Numbered from the stretch's first letter, positions 44,012 through 57,749 are shown. The stretch is 64,000 nt of DNA from Eledone cirrhosa (GCA_964016885.1 OZ024743.1:195982001-196046000); one strand, 5' to 3'. Numbers and translations: made by a program. Notes: generated from the sequence alone by a model not told the origin.

Positions 44012-47000
44012 AAAGAATGAATAATAACAGGTAGATATCATAAAAAGGTAATTTATTCCGTGTGCTTACAAGTGTTTCCACGGTGGTACTGCAGCCTAGT
44101 TATGCTACGTGCAAATTCACAAGTACTTGCAGAACTCAAATATCCAATGCTGTGACCACTGTTTCCTCAGAGCAGAATGGTAAAATGTACAATGTAAAAA
44201 CCCTTAAGTGGGGTTGTTGGGGAAGATAGAGTAGAAAAGGAAGAGAGAAAAGTAGGGAAGAGGGAGAGAGAAAGAAAGATATGCGGGGTTGGAGAAGTAG
44301 GACAGAGTGGCTTGTAGATATCTTAATCAAAATGTTATGGTAGGGGTTTTATTATACTGGTTACTTTTGGAGAGATGCGTTGATAGTTAAGGTCGGAATT
44401 ATTTATTGCCCCAGAGGGCAGGTTCATAGATGTTGAGAGGGAGGTAGGCCAAAGGCGAGAGAGAGAGAGTGTAATGGATGTAGAGAGAGATAGGTAGAGA
44501 GGGGACAGACAAAGTTTGTGTGGTGAGTGATCTTTGGGTTTGTAGTAGTAATCTAGGAATTGCACTGAGTTACCATGTATAGTGATAAGCAGTGTATTGT
44601 CTTGTAGTGTGGGGGGAAGAGAAGGTTGTTAGCTAGAAAGCGGTGTTATAGTTACGGGTTCGAATGTTAAGTTATTTTATAGTGAGAGAATTTAGCTTTT
44701 AGTTTGTGGTTGCAGTATAATGATCGTTCAATTCTATCGTTAAGTCGTTTGTTTTGGGATTTTAATATGTAAAAGAGCTCAAGGTTACATAACCTGCAGT
44801 ACTTCAATCCACTCCAATATGCACTTGCGCTGGAAAGTATATCCCATTTTAAGGTGAACTGTTGGTTGTGTTCACGGAGTTGCCAGGTCTTGTTGGCGAG
44901 CGTGGTCACAAAACGGTGATTCGGATGTTTGATTGAGAATCGATGACGGTACCAGCGAGATTTAAACGATGTGGTGGTAGATCCGATATAATACCATTTC
45001 TGGTCGTTCGATTCAACCGTGCATTGGTAAACAATGTTGGACTTTAGGTATTCATTCTACAATGGACATCTTTCAGGTAGATGGCAGTTACATTCTTTGT
45101 TGTGGGTAGCGGGTACACCATGGATAGGTTGTGATAGCGGTACAGGTGGGTTGTGTAATACCCGTCTCCCATTTAGTGGTTGGGAGGCAGATATTGCGTT
45201 CTGCCTATCTGTTACTAAAATGTTTTGTTTTGTAGAGTTGTTTAATTGCCTTAAGTTAAGTTTTTTTATGTATGCTTCAAGGTTTGGTGCCGTGGAGTAT
45301 GATAGTCTAATAGTTTTAGAGTTCAGAATGTTGCTGTATTTATGGGAACTAGGGAAGTGTTTATTGATTAACTTAAAGAATGAAAGAGATAGTTTTGTAC
45401 TAATCGAGGCATTAAAAATAGGATTGTACCAGATATACTTTCTACAACGTGATTTATTTGGTGGTGATCTTCTATTATTAGTATGTCTGGTAGTACTGTG
45501 TGTGTGTGCTTGTATTTTAGTCCCCCGGTTACGCATTCCTTGATTTCGTGTAGAGCTATGTGTGTTATGGAAATTCCTATCAATGTATTCTATTGTATCC
45601 CGGTGGTCAGCATTCCTTAATGCATTATTGTAGTATTCGGCGTGTTCACTAAAAATATCAGAGTTAGACGATTGGCGAGAGATTCTAAGAGAAATACTCC
45701 GGGAAACTGATTTGATCATGGAGAGTGGGTGGTTAGAGTTAAAGTTAATATACGTAAGGTTCTCATTTACCTTGTGGAAGGGTCGTATCTGTCCGGTATT
45801 TAAATTAAGAGTTACGTCCAGAAAGTTTACTACTTTAAGATTGTATTCGTATGTTATTTTTAGACCCAGTTCACTAAAAGATTTTCTAATATTTTTCCGT
45901 AGCCTTTCAAGATTTTGGTTATTCAAGTTATTAACTAATAAGAGCCCGTCGTCTCTGTATATCCCCCCTGTAGATTACTAAATTTACTATGTAATATGTG
46001 GGCTATGTAAATTCCCACGAGATCCGTGACCTCCGCCGAGTCGTTGGAACCCATGGTAATATCGAAATTTGTGGGTCTGTCCTTACGTTCCCAGTAGCAG
46101 TTATCGAACTTAATAATGGTTTTTTTAGCCTCGAGAATAATATTAATTTCGTCCTCCGTTAGGTCGGAATTTGCCTTAGCAAACGATAGGGCCTTACGTA
46201 AAGTGCTTGGTGAGATGGAAGAGTAGTATTCGTCTATGTCAAATTGTATAAACTTAGATTTATTCTTATTCTTAACATTATTAAACCAGCGGATTGCTTC
46301 GCTAGTGTTGCCCCATAATTTAATTTCAATTTTCTTTTTCACTTGAGTTATTACTCTGTCAAGTATATGTTTGCTAATTTTCCCTATGTCTGATTTAGAA
46401 GGGCATATAAGTCTGATCTTAGGGTTAGAGTCAAAGTTTACCTTATGGTCCTTCAGGTTGAAGGTGGGGGTAGCGGGTATAATCGGCTCGGTTCTATCGT
46501 CTATTTTGAGATTCTTCACCACTTTATATGCCTCGTTGTTAATATTTGCTAGCGTAGTTTCATTTGTTTTTCTATATTTTTTGTGTAGTTCGTTGCGTAT
46601 GAAGTTATTGTACGTATCGATATCCATGGTATACACGTTAGAAGTCTTGTCAGCTTTCACAACAATTCCATTGGTATTTTGCAATCTTCGGAGTAGTGCT
46701 TTCATGTTGTTCTGCAGCTCATTATTTCTATGTTTGTTGAACTTAATGTTCATGGTCGTTTTCATTAAATCTTGTTCAAAAGCATCGAGATGAGGGTTTG
46801 TAGGTGGGTTTTTACATGATTTAAAACCATATGATTCAGACGAGTGATTGGCGCGTCCTTTATCGAAATGGAAAGCTTTCCATCGTACACGCCGAATGAA
46901 GTCGTTATTGCGTTGAATCATACTAAGAATATATTCCCTTTTGTTAGGTATAGGTATGTTTTTAAGTGACATACCTATATGATGCCTTTCCATATTAATG

Positions 47001-47267
47001 CCGTGTGTCGGTGTGGTTGCTCAACTGTGTAGGAGGCGATTATTAGGTATAGGATTATCCAAGATGTAGTAATGGTTAATTACTACACTGGATGTGGTTG
47101 ACGTACGGTAAGAGGTTACTCTACGAGTTATGGAAGAATTGTTGAAGAAACTTAGTTCCTGATCCTTCAGTATTCCTTCCATAACTCGTAGAGTAACCTC
47201 TTACCGTACGTCAACCATATCCAGTGTAGTAATTAACCATTACTACATCTTGGATAATCCTATACCT

Positions 47268-47272
<5 letters not shown>
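44012..47272 (-). mobile_element. Near full-length Penelope-like element D (Hydra clade)
   Basis: ORF 46993-44667, 3' UTR to (TA)n, 5' fold-back 47040-47136 / 47176-47272. Confidence 0.9.
44667..46993 (-). pseudogene. PLE RT-EN polyprotein with frameshift near 45960 and stop at 45057
   Basis: [62 protein letters not shown]. Confidence 0.93.
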
Positions 47273-47344
<72 letters not shown>

Positions 47345-47351
<7 letters not shown>

Positions 47352-47664
47352 GTGAGGTTTTTTTTACAAATTGAAAATAACCGAGGTGTCCTACGCGAGT
47401 GAAAGTATAAAGAAAAAGAGATGAAATCGAAAATGCAACTGGAGTCTTATTTTTTTTTTAAATATATATATTTATTTGGTTCCTTTACCGATTTCGCAGT
47501 TCTTCTGCTTTTCAAAAGGTGAGTTGAGATGGAGAGTCTGTGGTTTTTCTCACATCTGTGAAAAGCAGAAGAACTGCGAAACCGGTAAAGGAACCAAATA
47601 AATATATATATTTTTTAAAAAAATAAGACTCCAGTTGCATTTTCGATTTCATCTCTTTTTCTTT
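47345..47664. mobile_element. Tail + inverted-arm PLE remnant with U3-A8 hammerhead (47482-47519, minus strand)
   Basis: Matches 14247-14452; inverted arm 47559-47664. Confidence 0.85.
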
Positions 47665-47665
47665 T

Positions 47666-47771
<106 letters not shown>

Positions 47772-48036
47772 TAATAGTGTTTCTTAATTTTCTACTCGAA
47801 ATCACGTCACGACCTGGCAATCATCGATGCTGGCTGTTCGTCATTAAGTCTTAGTCTATAGAAGAATTAGTATCGCCAACAACTGCCTGGGGGGATTGTA
47901 AAAGACGTTTATTGCCGTAACTTACAAATTTCATCTATAGAGCTTTCATATATCCGGAAATGTGTATAACTACAGATATACCTGTCTGTACGGGTATGTG
48001 TGTGAGAGCATGCGTGTGTTTATTGGTATATATCAT

Positions 48037-48220
<184 letters not shown>

Positions 48221-48342
48221 GAAAGAAACAGTGCAGTTATTAGTAAGATTTGAAATTAATGCATGCAAGATTTCACAGTTCTAGCATCACTCCTTCATAG
48301 TCAGCCTATGACAGTTTCAGCCTACCCTTGTATATGTATGTA

Positions 48343-51300
48343 TGTATGTATGTTCTTCTGGTTTTATAATTTCACAATTTTTTTCCCAATAGAGAGAGAG
48401 TCGGTTTCTAACATAGACACAAGACTCTCTCATTGGAATTTATACAATATCAACTAGGTAGATTATGTATGCATGCATGTATGTGTAGATATGGATGTTA
48501 TTGTAGATATGGATGTTATTGTATGTGTGGATGCGTATGTTTTGAGTTGTATGTGTGCATGTGTATATGCTTAGTATCTGTACATGTGTATATGCAGTTA
48601 TTAGATGCAAAATTTTTGGAATATTTTACATATTTTTACTGTTCCATTAATAGATTGTACTTGTAATTTCCTAACTAGTTGTGTTCTTTCTGTTCCTGTG
48701 AAGTATAGCTTCTCAAGATTTGTATTGAGGCAGTTACTAACATACCCCAGTGCCCCAATAATCACAGGCATAAATCTGAAGGTGTAATCAGGGTGGAGTA
48801 TCTGCAGATTTCTCATCAGTTCTGCAAAAATATTCCCTTTTCGCTAATCGTTGATATTATATCTGCATCTGCTGGGCATCTAATTTCCACTACTGTGCAT
48901 GCTTTATTCTCCCTGTCCCATATCATAATATCTGGTCTGTTATGGCTGCATTTTATTGGGGTTTTTACTGGAACATTCCACCAGTACTCTTTCATATTAT
49001 GTACATGGAGGTCTTCCACACTGCTGTAGCTTTTAATGTGTTTATTATCGGGGCTATCCTTTTTGCGAACTGCATTGTACTGTGTTTTGGCCACTACATC
49101 ATGCCTCATATGTAGATAGTACCACGATGAAATCTTTGGACAGCTGCTGATTACATGGGTGATATCCTCGATATTAGTTCTGCAGACTTGTTATCACATC
49201 TAGGTGTTTTGCCTGCATCCCTATCTCTTTTGTGAATCAGGTATTTCGTGTTAATCTCCTGTTCTTGGATTGCAAAAGCGTATCCTTCAAAGTGGGAGCC
49301 AATATAGCGGCTGTTGGTCCAAGATAGACTACTTTCCTTATCTATATTACTCTCATTCTGGAGCTTCCTGGCAACATATCCATGCATGATTTTTTGCTGA
49401 TAAGCATGCAGTTTTTCATCCAAGGATTCACTGCGATACTGATGAGCGACTTCACTGGGTGTGAGTTTTTGATTATCACACAGGGAATGTCTCTCGAGGA
49501 GTTCTTTCCCAGCTCTCATGATCTTATCTGTTTCATGCAGATAGACTTACTCGAGAGACGGGCGTCTACGCTTCGAGGTTCGTAGATGTTGTCGGAGAGA
49601 TATGATGCGACATTCAAATGTTGTCTGGACTGATGTTAGGCCTCTGTCCATGCTTACGTTTCAAGTAAAGGCGGTCTATGTCACTGTTGATGTGGAAGTT
49701 TCCGGTCTTGTTTAGTATTTTTCGAGTTCCAATATCAACTGCTCGGATTTCGTCTGTCGTCCAATTGAGTATTCCAAACGTTGGTGTTCGGACAGGCACA
49801 GCAAACATATTGTGAGCTACTGTTTTGTTTGCGCAGAGAGTTCCGATGACAAAATCTTTCTTAATCGGGTAGTATTCCCTGGTTACGCGTTCCTTATTAT
49901 AGATACCATTATAGGATATGTTCTCATCTATCTCCAGGTATCTGTAGCAGTTCTCATCAGATATCGGTGAAACAGTTAGGTCATTGATGACAATGTTGCT
50001 AGAACGTGTTGTTGTTTTTCCCCGCTTTACAGTCATGTATGAGCATTTATCTTAGCCAAACTCCATTCCTATATCCTTTGAGAACGTTGTAACCAGGTCA
50101 AGATTTTTCTTCATCCCATCCATGTTCTTGGCATAGAGTTTCAGATCGTCCACAAAGAAATTATGGGTTAGGTTCGTATGTCTGTCCTCCTGTGAGCGAA
50201 TGATGTATCCCTCACATTTCTTGAGCAGAAAAGACAAGGAGTTTAATGACAAGATGAATAATATCACAGAGAGAATGTCCCCCTTAAATATGCCCCTGCG
50301 AAATGTTATTTTATCAGTGAAAATAGAGTCTTCCCTGTCTGTATTTAACCTTAGGATAGTAGCCCAAGAAGAAGACAGCCTCTCTATGGCTCTGACAATA
50401 ATGACTGGAACTTTAGCAAGTTGGAGGGTCTCTATCATCCAAGAGTCGAAAAGCTTTCCTGTAGTCCAGCCAGACTGTAGCAATATTTCTCTTAAGTTGT
50501 CGCACCTCCGACATCGCAGTTTTGTTGATTCGGAGTTGTTCAGCACATCCCCAAACCCCTTTCTTTCCAGCTGCTTGTTCATCTGTGATGATGTTATTAT
50601 TTTCACAGTGATCTTGGAGGAATAGGTTCAGACAGGCTGTATACATCTTATACATCAGGTTCTGGCATGCAATGGGTCGGTAGTTTTTTGCTACGTGGGT
50701 GTTTTTGTTCTTGGGGACCAGTAATGTTTGTGCTAATGTCAACCATTGTGGTATAAGTGTATCTCCCTTAAGAAGTTGTTGGTAGAGGTCAGTAAGATAC
50801 CTCCGATAGAATATCAGTTTTTTGTGCCAATAGCCGACAATCATGTCTCTTCCTGGTGTTTTCTTATGTTGGAGTTTTCCTATCACAGTCTCAAGGGTAC
50901 CCTCACTTATTTCGTATGTTTTTGTTGTAGTGTAGGAGCAATAGTTCTTTCGGATTTCTCTTAGCCACACTGCATCTTGGTTGAAATTCTTCTTTTCACC
51001 CCTTATTTTGCTCCAAAAGGAATCTGTCTTTCTGGGATGGGGCCTCAGTGACTCTTATTATTTTGTTCTTCATATCTCTATAGACTGATGTTTGGTTTCG
51101 TCTGAATCTTTTATTAAGCACTTTTCTCTCATCTACCTTCTTCAGGTATCGGCGTTTTTCGCTAACAGCTCTCAATTCTTGTTTGAGGGTGATCAGCTTA
51201 TATTGAAGAGTTCTGGTTCTACTGTTACCAAACATCATCTCTATTTTATTTTTCACTCTTTGTTAGTGAGGAGTGAAGTTTTTTTGTATTTGTTTGCATG

Positions 51301-51655
51301 TAAGGAGCGGTGTGACATATCCTATGGTTTTTCGTAGGTCAGCAATCTTTTTTTCTATTTTAGTTATATATGATGGAATATTTGGTGGTGTTCTGTTCTT
51401 GTTAATATCTCTGCTATCACCAAGATAATGCTTCACTGTCGTTGCTAGGGCATATAAACAGGCGTTGATTTGCCAAAATGTTGGCGTTTTTATCCGTCGT
51501 AAATATTCATTCCCTATTTTGTTAATAACACGTAATATTTCATTATTTGCTTTTTTATTAAACATTGTCGTTTTAATACGTTCAGCAAGAGAGATATTTA
51601 TACATGAATTAATTTCTCTCTGGAAGATTTCGTTGAGGGAAATTTTCAATTGTTT
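48343..51655 (-). mobile_element. Decayed R4/Dong-type non-LTR retrotransposon (RT + zinc knuckle + restriction-like endonuclease)
   Basis: NYRPIAC, WLDYRKAF, RRGIF.GD.LS, FVDDLKLYA, AIQEQEINT, RHDVVAK, HNRPDI..VEI.CP, PVIIGALG; many frameshifts; (TATG)n flanks. Confidence 0.9.
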
Positions 51656-51821
51656 GTATGTATGTATGTATGTATGTATGTATGTATGTATGTATGTATG
51701 TATGTCCAAAATTAAATTAAGGGTTGTCATGTCTGAGAGACATGCGCCATATCCACTGTAGAATAAGCTCAAAGATTCAAATGAATAGATCCGAGCATTA
51801 CATATCAACTAGAAATAGATT

Positions 51822-51886
<65 letters not shown>

Positions 51887-52090
51887 AATACATGGAACAA
51901 TAACAGGGAATAATTTGTAAAGAATGTAAGCACACACAGCTAGTTAGGTACCTAATTAAAGTTTAACTAGAACTTCAAATATAGATACCTTTTAAAATGA
52001 TTAATCTCAATTGTATGTATGTATGTATGTATGTATGTATGTATGTATGTATGTATGTATGTATGTATGTATATATGTATGTATGTATGT

Positions 52091-52357
52091 AGGCGTTCTT
52101 CTAGGAGAAGGCAACTCAGGAAACTGGGATAACTACGACATAAAATCTGCGGCTCGGTAGTTACCGATGATGTTGATCTTTTCTTCTTTTCGGGTTATAG
52201 CTACTGTCGCTCAGAGAGTGGGATTGGCCCAGTTCACAGTCTTTCCTCCCCTAAAAAAATCTTTACACACAGGCAATGCACAATAGCATTAATTGATAAT
52301 TATTAATAATGTTATATCGTGCAATGGCCATTCTCGATAACGAGGGGCAGCCATCAT
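52091..52357 (+). mobile_element. Diverged truncated copy of the 17520 retroposon family
   Basis: Shared TTCTAGGAGAAGG, GATGATGTTGA, GAGAGTGGGA.TGGC and terminal stem-loop; (TATG)n flanks. Confidence 0.6.
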
Positions 52358-52381
52358 GTATGTATGTATGTATCTCTCTCT

Positions 52382-52425
<44 letters not shown>

Positions 52426-52585
52426 TAGAATTGGAGCTCTGAAATAGCAATATATATATGGATGTATATATAATGTATTTTGCAATACACTTTATGCTTA
52501 ATTAAAAACATTTTGAAGACCGTATGCTATTGTTTTAGAGTAGTGACAAATTCACTTACTTTAATCTCAGCAAACAGGGGAGATA

Positions 52586-52631
52586 AGCCGACAAGGGCCT
52601 TGTTTCGCTTTTGTTGAAGCTTATCAAGGCT
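52586..52631 (-). ncRNA. Type I hammerhead, U3-A8 core
   Basis: AGCC-TTGATAA-GCTT CAACAA AAGC-GAAA-CAAGG CC CTTG-TC-GGCT. Confidence 0.88.
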
Positions 52632-52781
52632 AACTACCCCTCCTGTCTACTGAGATTACTGATGTTATATTCTTATAGAATTCTAGTAAATAATCAGGAA
52701 CTGATTATACAGAGCGATTGTTGGTCAGGCAGAAATTAAAAATTAGAATTGGAGCTCTGAAATAGCAATATATATATAGTT

Positions 52782-52827
52782 AGCCTTGATAAGTTTCAAC
52801 AAAAGCGAAACAAGGCCCTTGTCGGCT
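52782..52827 (+). ncRNA. Type I hammerhead, U3-A8 core (inverted copy)
   Basis: Same motif with one C>T in stem II (G-U compatible). Confidence 0.85.
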
Positions 52828-52981
52828 TATCTCCCCTGTTTGCTGAGATTAAAGTAAGTGAATTTGTCACTACTCTAAAACAATAGCATACGGTCTTCAA
52901 AATGCTTTTAATTAAGCATAAAGTGTATTGCAAAATACATTATATATACATCCATATATATATATATATATATATATATAC

Positions 52982-55590
52982 ATTATCCGAAATGGGTGAG
53001 TTTCGGTGGATCAAGTACTTGGAGGCCATAGGTTTGACATAATGCGAATGAAGGATACGTGTTTTATTACTAATGTTTTCTAACATGAGTTCTCTGTCTA
53101 GCACAAGTAGTCAATGGTTGGGTTTTGGGGCTGTGTAGTCTACGGTAACTTTAATAGTCTGGTGCATGTAGTTAACTATTTGCTGGGTGCCTTCCATGGT
53201 ATTCCTTTCTAATTCCTGATTATTTTCCTGTAGTGGTGTTTTAACTACGATATTGATGTCCTCTACATAGTGGGGGTACATAGTCAGGGTTATAAAGTTC
53301 TCATCTAAGCGTTCCTTAAGCCTCCTGTCCCACCAAATAGAGGTTAGCTACATCACCAGCAATGCTGATACCAATGGCCGTTCCCTCCTTTTGGGTGTAT
53401 GTTTGCCAATAGAATTTAAATGCATGTTACTTAAGTGTTAATCTTATACTGGCCCACACCACATTACTTGGCAGTGCTTCTCGGCTGTCTCTATGGCTCT
53501 GGTCCACCCTCTCCGTCTTTCTGTGCAGGTCGTTCTTGGCCATTGAGGTTATGGTGGGTGGTAGGGTTCTCCCTGGTCTTGTATGTGAGACAATGACTGC
53601 TAAGGTCGTGGGTAACTTAGTATTCCTTATCCCACGTAAGTCTAAGTAAGAGACCCAGCTAGTTGGTGTCAACCCCACGGAATTCTACATTCCTCTCACT
53701 GATAAGACCGTGTAACATATATTTTGTTCCCCGGTTCTAAGTGTCATTTACTGGTTTGTTATATCCCATTATTATTTAAAAAAACACTATTATTTAATCA
53801 GAAGTTTGGGTTTGTGGTCAGGAGTTTGATATTTCGAAATTTTCATATTTTTCAAGAAAAAACAAATTTTTTTTAATTTATCAGTTCATATAATTAAATC
53901 AACAGAGTATATATTTATTTTATTACACAAGCTTATCAAACGCAAACAAGTAAAAACAATAACACTTATAAAGCAACTTATACACGTCAGAAATGACTGG
54001 ATTTTTTGGATTTGCGGTTGTAGTCCAGGTCGCATTCCCGCACTAGCCCCCAGATATAATCCCCCATCATTTTTTCATTGTAGTGGCCCTGGTATCTCCG
54101 CTCTATCTCTTTCACATCTTGGTGGAATCGTTCGCTTTGTTCTTCTGAGTAGGCGCCCATATTGTCCTTGAAATTTTCCAGGTGAGCGTCCAGCATATGG
54201 AGTTTAAGCGACATCCTGCATCCCATGGCGCCAAAAGCCTTTATCAGATCCTGCACCAGTTGCTGGTAGTTTTCAGCTCCGTAGTTGCCCAGGAATCCCT
54301 TAACATCTGCCTTGAAATAGTTCCATGCTGTTCTCTCAATCATATTGAGCTTATTGGAGAACTCGGTAGACTCAAACACCTTCTTTATCTGAGGTCCAAC
54401 AAAAATTCCACCTTTGATTTTGGTCTCAGATAACTTGGGGAAGAACTCAAGAAGGTACTTAAAAGCGGCTGATTCTTGGTTGAGAGCCTTCACAAACTGC
54501 TTCATCAACCCCAACTTAATGTGCAGTGGCGGCATGAGCACAATCCTGGGATCAACCAGTGGCTCCCACATGACGTTCCGGGTCCCAACTACAAATTCTG
54601 TTCGCTGCTCCCAGTTCTTTCTTTTGTAGTGGTCAGAGATGGCTCTGCTGTCAGCAGAGGAAGCATTGGAATTTGATAAAGCCTCCTTGGAGTCCAAGCA
54701 GGAAAATCCCCATCTTGAAGTCTCCAATGATTTCCCAATTGTACTGGTTGTATTGCAGAGCTTCCAAGAGGACTTTCACACTGTAGTAATCTTCCTTCAG
54801 GCAGACTGAATGAGCTAGGGGCAGTGTCGGCAACTTGTTTCCATTGTGGAGGAGGACAGCCTTCAAACTTGTGGTGGAGCTGTCTATAAATAGCCGCCAC
54901 ACCTTGGGCACAAACGGCACCCCAATAACGTCAAACAGTCCAGGCACGTCATGACAGAAGCGGAGGCCATCCCTAAGAGTGTAAAAGCCTGAGAAAGGTT
55001 CGTGTCGACCTCTCTGACTTGTCATCTGCACTTCCTCCTTGACCAAGTTCCACTGCTACATCCTGGAGACGAATACTTAAAACACAACTTACCCTTTATT
55101 CAGGGTGCGAAAATCCAGTATCAATAAATCTCTTTAACAATTTTATACTGTATTGCACTTTTATACAATTTTATACTGTATTGCATTTTTATAATTTTCT
55201 TTAGGTATTACTCTTTATTTTATAATTTTAATTTAACCTGAAACATATATTAAAATAATCATTTAACATAAGCAAATTAAACTTACATACAACGTAAAAT
55301 CCAGCATACAAGTAATTCTAGTGAATAGCTTAGAATTTTTACAAACCCCAACTTTTAACTGTTTAATAGCACTTTTTTATTTATTTGGGACCTAAGCAAC
55401 ACAAAAAATGTGGTTACAAGCCAGGAACAGAGAAACATTTTTTTTTTTTGTTACAAGGTGTAATCTCCCCACATTTTTCCACAGCAAAATCTACGTCAAT
55501 GTATAGGGGCTACATCCACGCTACCTATTGTACAGCCTGTCAGGTCCCCGTAAAGGTTGGATTCGTTGATTTTGCTGAGGAGGTCTTCCG
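52982..55590 (-). pseudogene. Decayed PLE RT fragment of a second (Nematis-like) lineage, split by Chapaev3
   Basis: IGSVDVA..IDVDFAVEKCGEI|ISERNVEFRGVD, YTQKEGTAIG, WWDRRL, YVEDIN, IKVTVDY, HYVKPMAS. Confidence 0.75.
53706..55460 (-). mobile_element. Chapaev3 (CMC) DNA transposon, internally deleted
   Basis: Transposase 53987-55070 with PPLHIKLGLMKQFVKAL, MSLKLHMLDAH, SEEQSERFHQD; TIRs GACCGTGTAACA / CACCTTGTAACA; TAA TSD. Confidence 0.85.
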
Positions 55591-55617
55591 TATATATATA
55601 TATATATATATATATAT

Positions 55618-55757
55618 AACGAAGGAGTTGTGGTAAGGAACCAGATGGACCATAACGCACCAGAGTAGTCAATACTTAGGGTAGTAGAGTGGGTAATAGA
55701 AAAATGTATGACCCCGACGGCAGAGCTCAAGCCGTTTCGACGGCTATTTCTGGATTA
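55618..55757 (-). mobile_element. Short PLE family-A copy (tail + half HHR)
   Basis: Matches 5055-5188; (TA)n flanks. Confidence 0.85.
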
Positions 55758-55761
55758 TATA

Positions 55762-55848
<87 letters not shown>

Positions 55849-55852
<4 letters not shown>

Positions 55853-56774
55853 GACGTAAAATAAGAAAATTATAAAAATTAACTTACTTACTAAAATTTC
55901 ACTCCAACTAATCAGTTTCTGAAAGGGAATAAACATGGTTTCCGAAGAAATCCATGGAGAAGTCCTTTCGTCATCAGGGAAGTCTATTCTCAGCTAAGTT
56001 TCCAGGCAATGCGTGGACACAGGGAACTTATACAAAAATAATTCAGTGGATGGAAAAAGCAAAGCGTGGACTAAGTTCCAAGACATTGAAAAAATCACTG
56101 CCTACTAGGTCGGTGGCAAATTCAAAAGAATCAATCACGTGACATCGAGGTTAATCAGTGAGGAGTGGTTTGTTATAGTAGCAGTTTTGGCAAATTTTGG
56201 CTCAACAAAATAATTTGGAGATAATTATAAAGAATTAGTATATCTACTAACATATATATACAGATGCATACCTATGCCAGCAAATATATAGGTTTTGTCT
56301 TAGTAACTTTGTGGTTCAATGCATGGGGATGCAGAACAATAATATGAAATACGTAAAATAAGAAAATTATAAAAATTAACTTACTAAAATTTCACTCCAA
56401 CTAATTAGTTTCTGAAAGGGAATAAACATGGTTTCCGAAGAAATCCACGGTTTGCTTTTTCCATCCACTGAATTATTTTTGTAAAAGTTCCCTGTGTCCA
56501 CACATTGCCTGGAAACTTAGCTGAGAATAAACTTCCCTGATGACGAAAGGACTTCTCCGTGGATTTCTTCGGAAACCATGTTTATTCCCTTTCAGAAACT
56601 AATTAGTTGGAGTGAAATTTTAGTAAGTTAATTTTTATAATTTTCTTATTTTACGTATTTCATATTATTGTTCTGCATCCCTATGCATTGAACCACAAAG
56701 TTACTAAGACAAAACCTATATATTTGCTGGCATAGGTATGCATCTGTATATATATGTTAGTAGATATACTAATT

Positions 56775-56780
<6 letters not shown>
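55849..56780. mobile_element. Non-coding tandem/inverted element, about 495-nt unit, with HHR-like cores
   Basis: 55849-55958 repeated at 56346-56450; 56451-56780 is an inverted copy; CTGATGA-CGAA..TTCG-GAAA-CCATG-TT at about 56537-56582. Confidence 0.8.
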
Positions 56781-56821
<41 letters not shown>

Positions 56822-57749
56822 AGAGAATACATGAAAAGAACATGTTTTATCATTACAGGGTATTTTTTCCACCAGAGTGAAAGGCATATAAACTGTGAAA
56901 GGTACGAGAAAAACATTATAATCAAACAGGTTAATACATTTAAAAAAAGTACCTCTATAACTATTACACCTGTACAATCCCATGGAGGGATTGTTTCACT
57001 AATTCGCAGCAAAGATCACATTATCCATAGTTCATCAGCAGGTGTTTTCAGATTATGTGGCTTGCGCGTTTGGTGAACCTGTGACTGTTATATAAGATGC
57101 TTGCTTAAAGTACCGCATAATTAATTGGATTGCACTCGAATTCACATCTGTATATATACATATGTGTGCATATGAGCGCACTTATATTTTTCTTTCTCTG
57201 GACAATTTAAAGTATGTATTGTTACTAATATAAATATACATTGATATTCCTGAGCATATGCATTATGAGTTTTGGAATTATATGCTTTTAAGCAATATGA
57301 TTTCAATCGCAATTCGATCGAGGATGGTTGGTACATATGTTGCTTTAATACTTGTAGTTATAAAGTTAAATGTTTATTTTGTATACTGAATAAGTAAAAT
57401 AAGTAAAATTCTCATTAGCAGCATAGAAATCTACCAAATATCTCATTGATTATATATATAGTGGGCAATTGATGTCCATAACAAACATGGTCTCCAACAA
57501 CAATATGTTCATTCTGTATCAAATAAACTGTAATTGTTCTTCTTTTGATTGATATGTATTTCTCTATTGCCTATTGTCTTTTTTAATCCAGATGGCTCCG
57601 GCTAATATTTCAAGCTTCATATAGAGATACTAATTTGATTATATTGTATTATAGCAAACAATGGTTTTTAGCAAAGTTGTCAGTTCTGGTATCAAATTGC
57701 TTAAATTGTTGACTGTTAATACATTGTGTCATTTGTACAAAAGATACCT

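Larger units (their letters stand above)
52422..52960. mobile_element. 318-nt terminally redundant HHR monomer plus inverted arm
   Basis: 52422-52458 repeated at 52740-52776; arms about 52450-52636 and 52777-52960. Confidence 0.85.

Noticed and set aside
44050-44135. Hammerhead in the 3' end of element D
   Set aside because: GAAACACTTGTA is present on the minus strand but the first core box and stems are too degenerate to call.
56820-57720. Possible host exons in unique sequence
   Set aside because: Candidate splice pairs gave stops or unrecognisable peptides; no support without transcripts.
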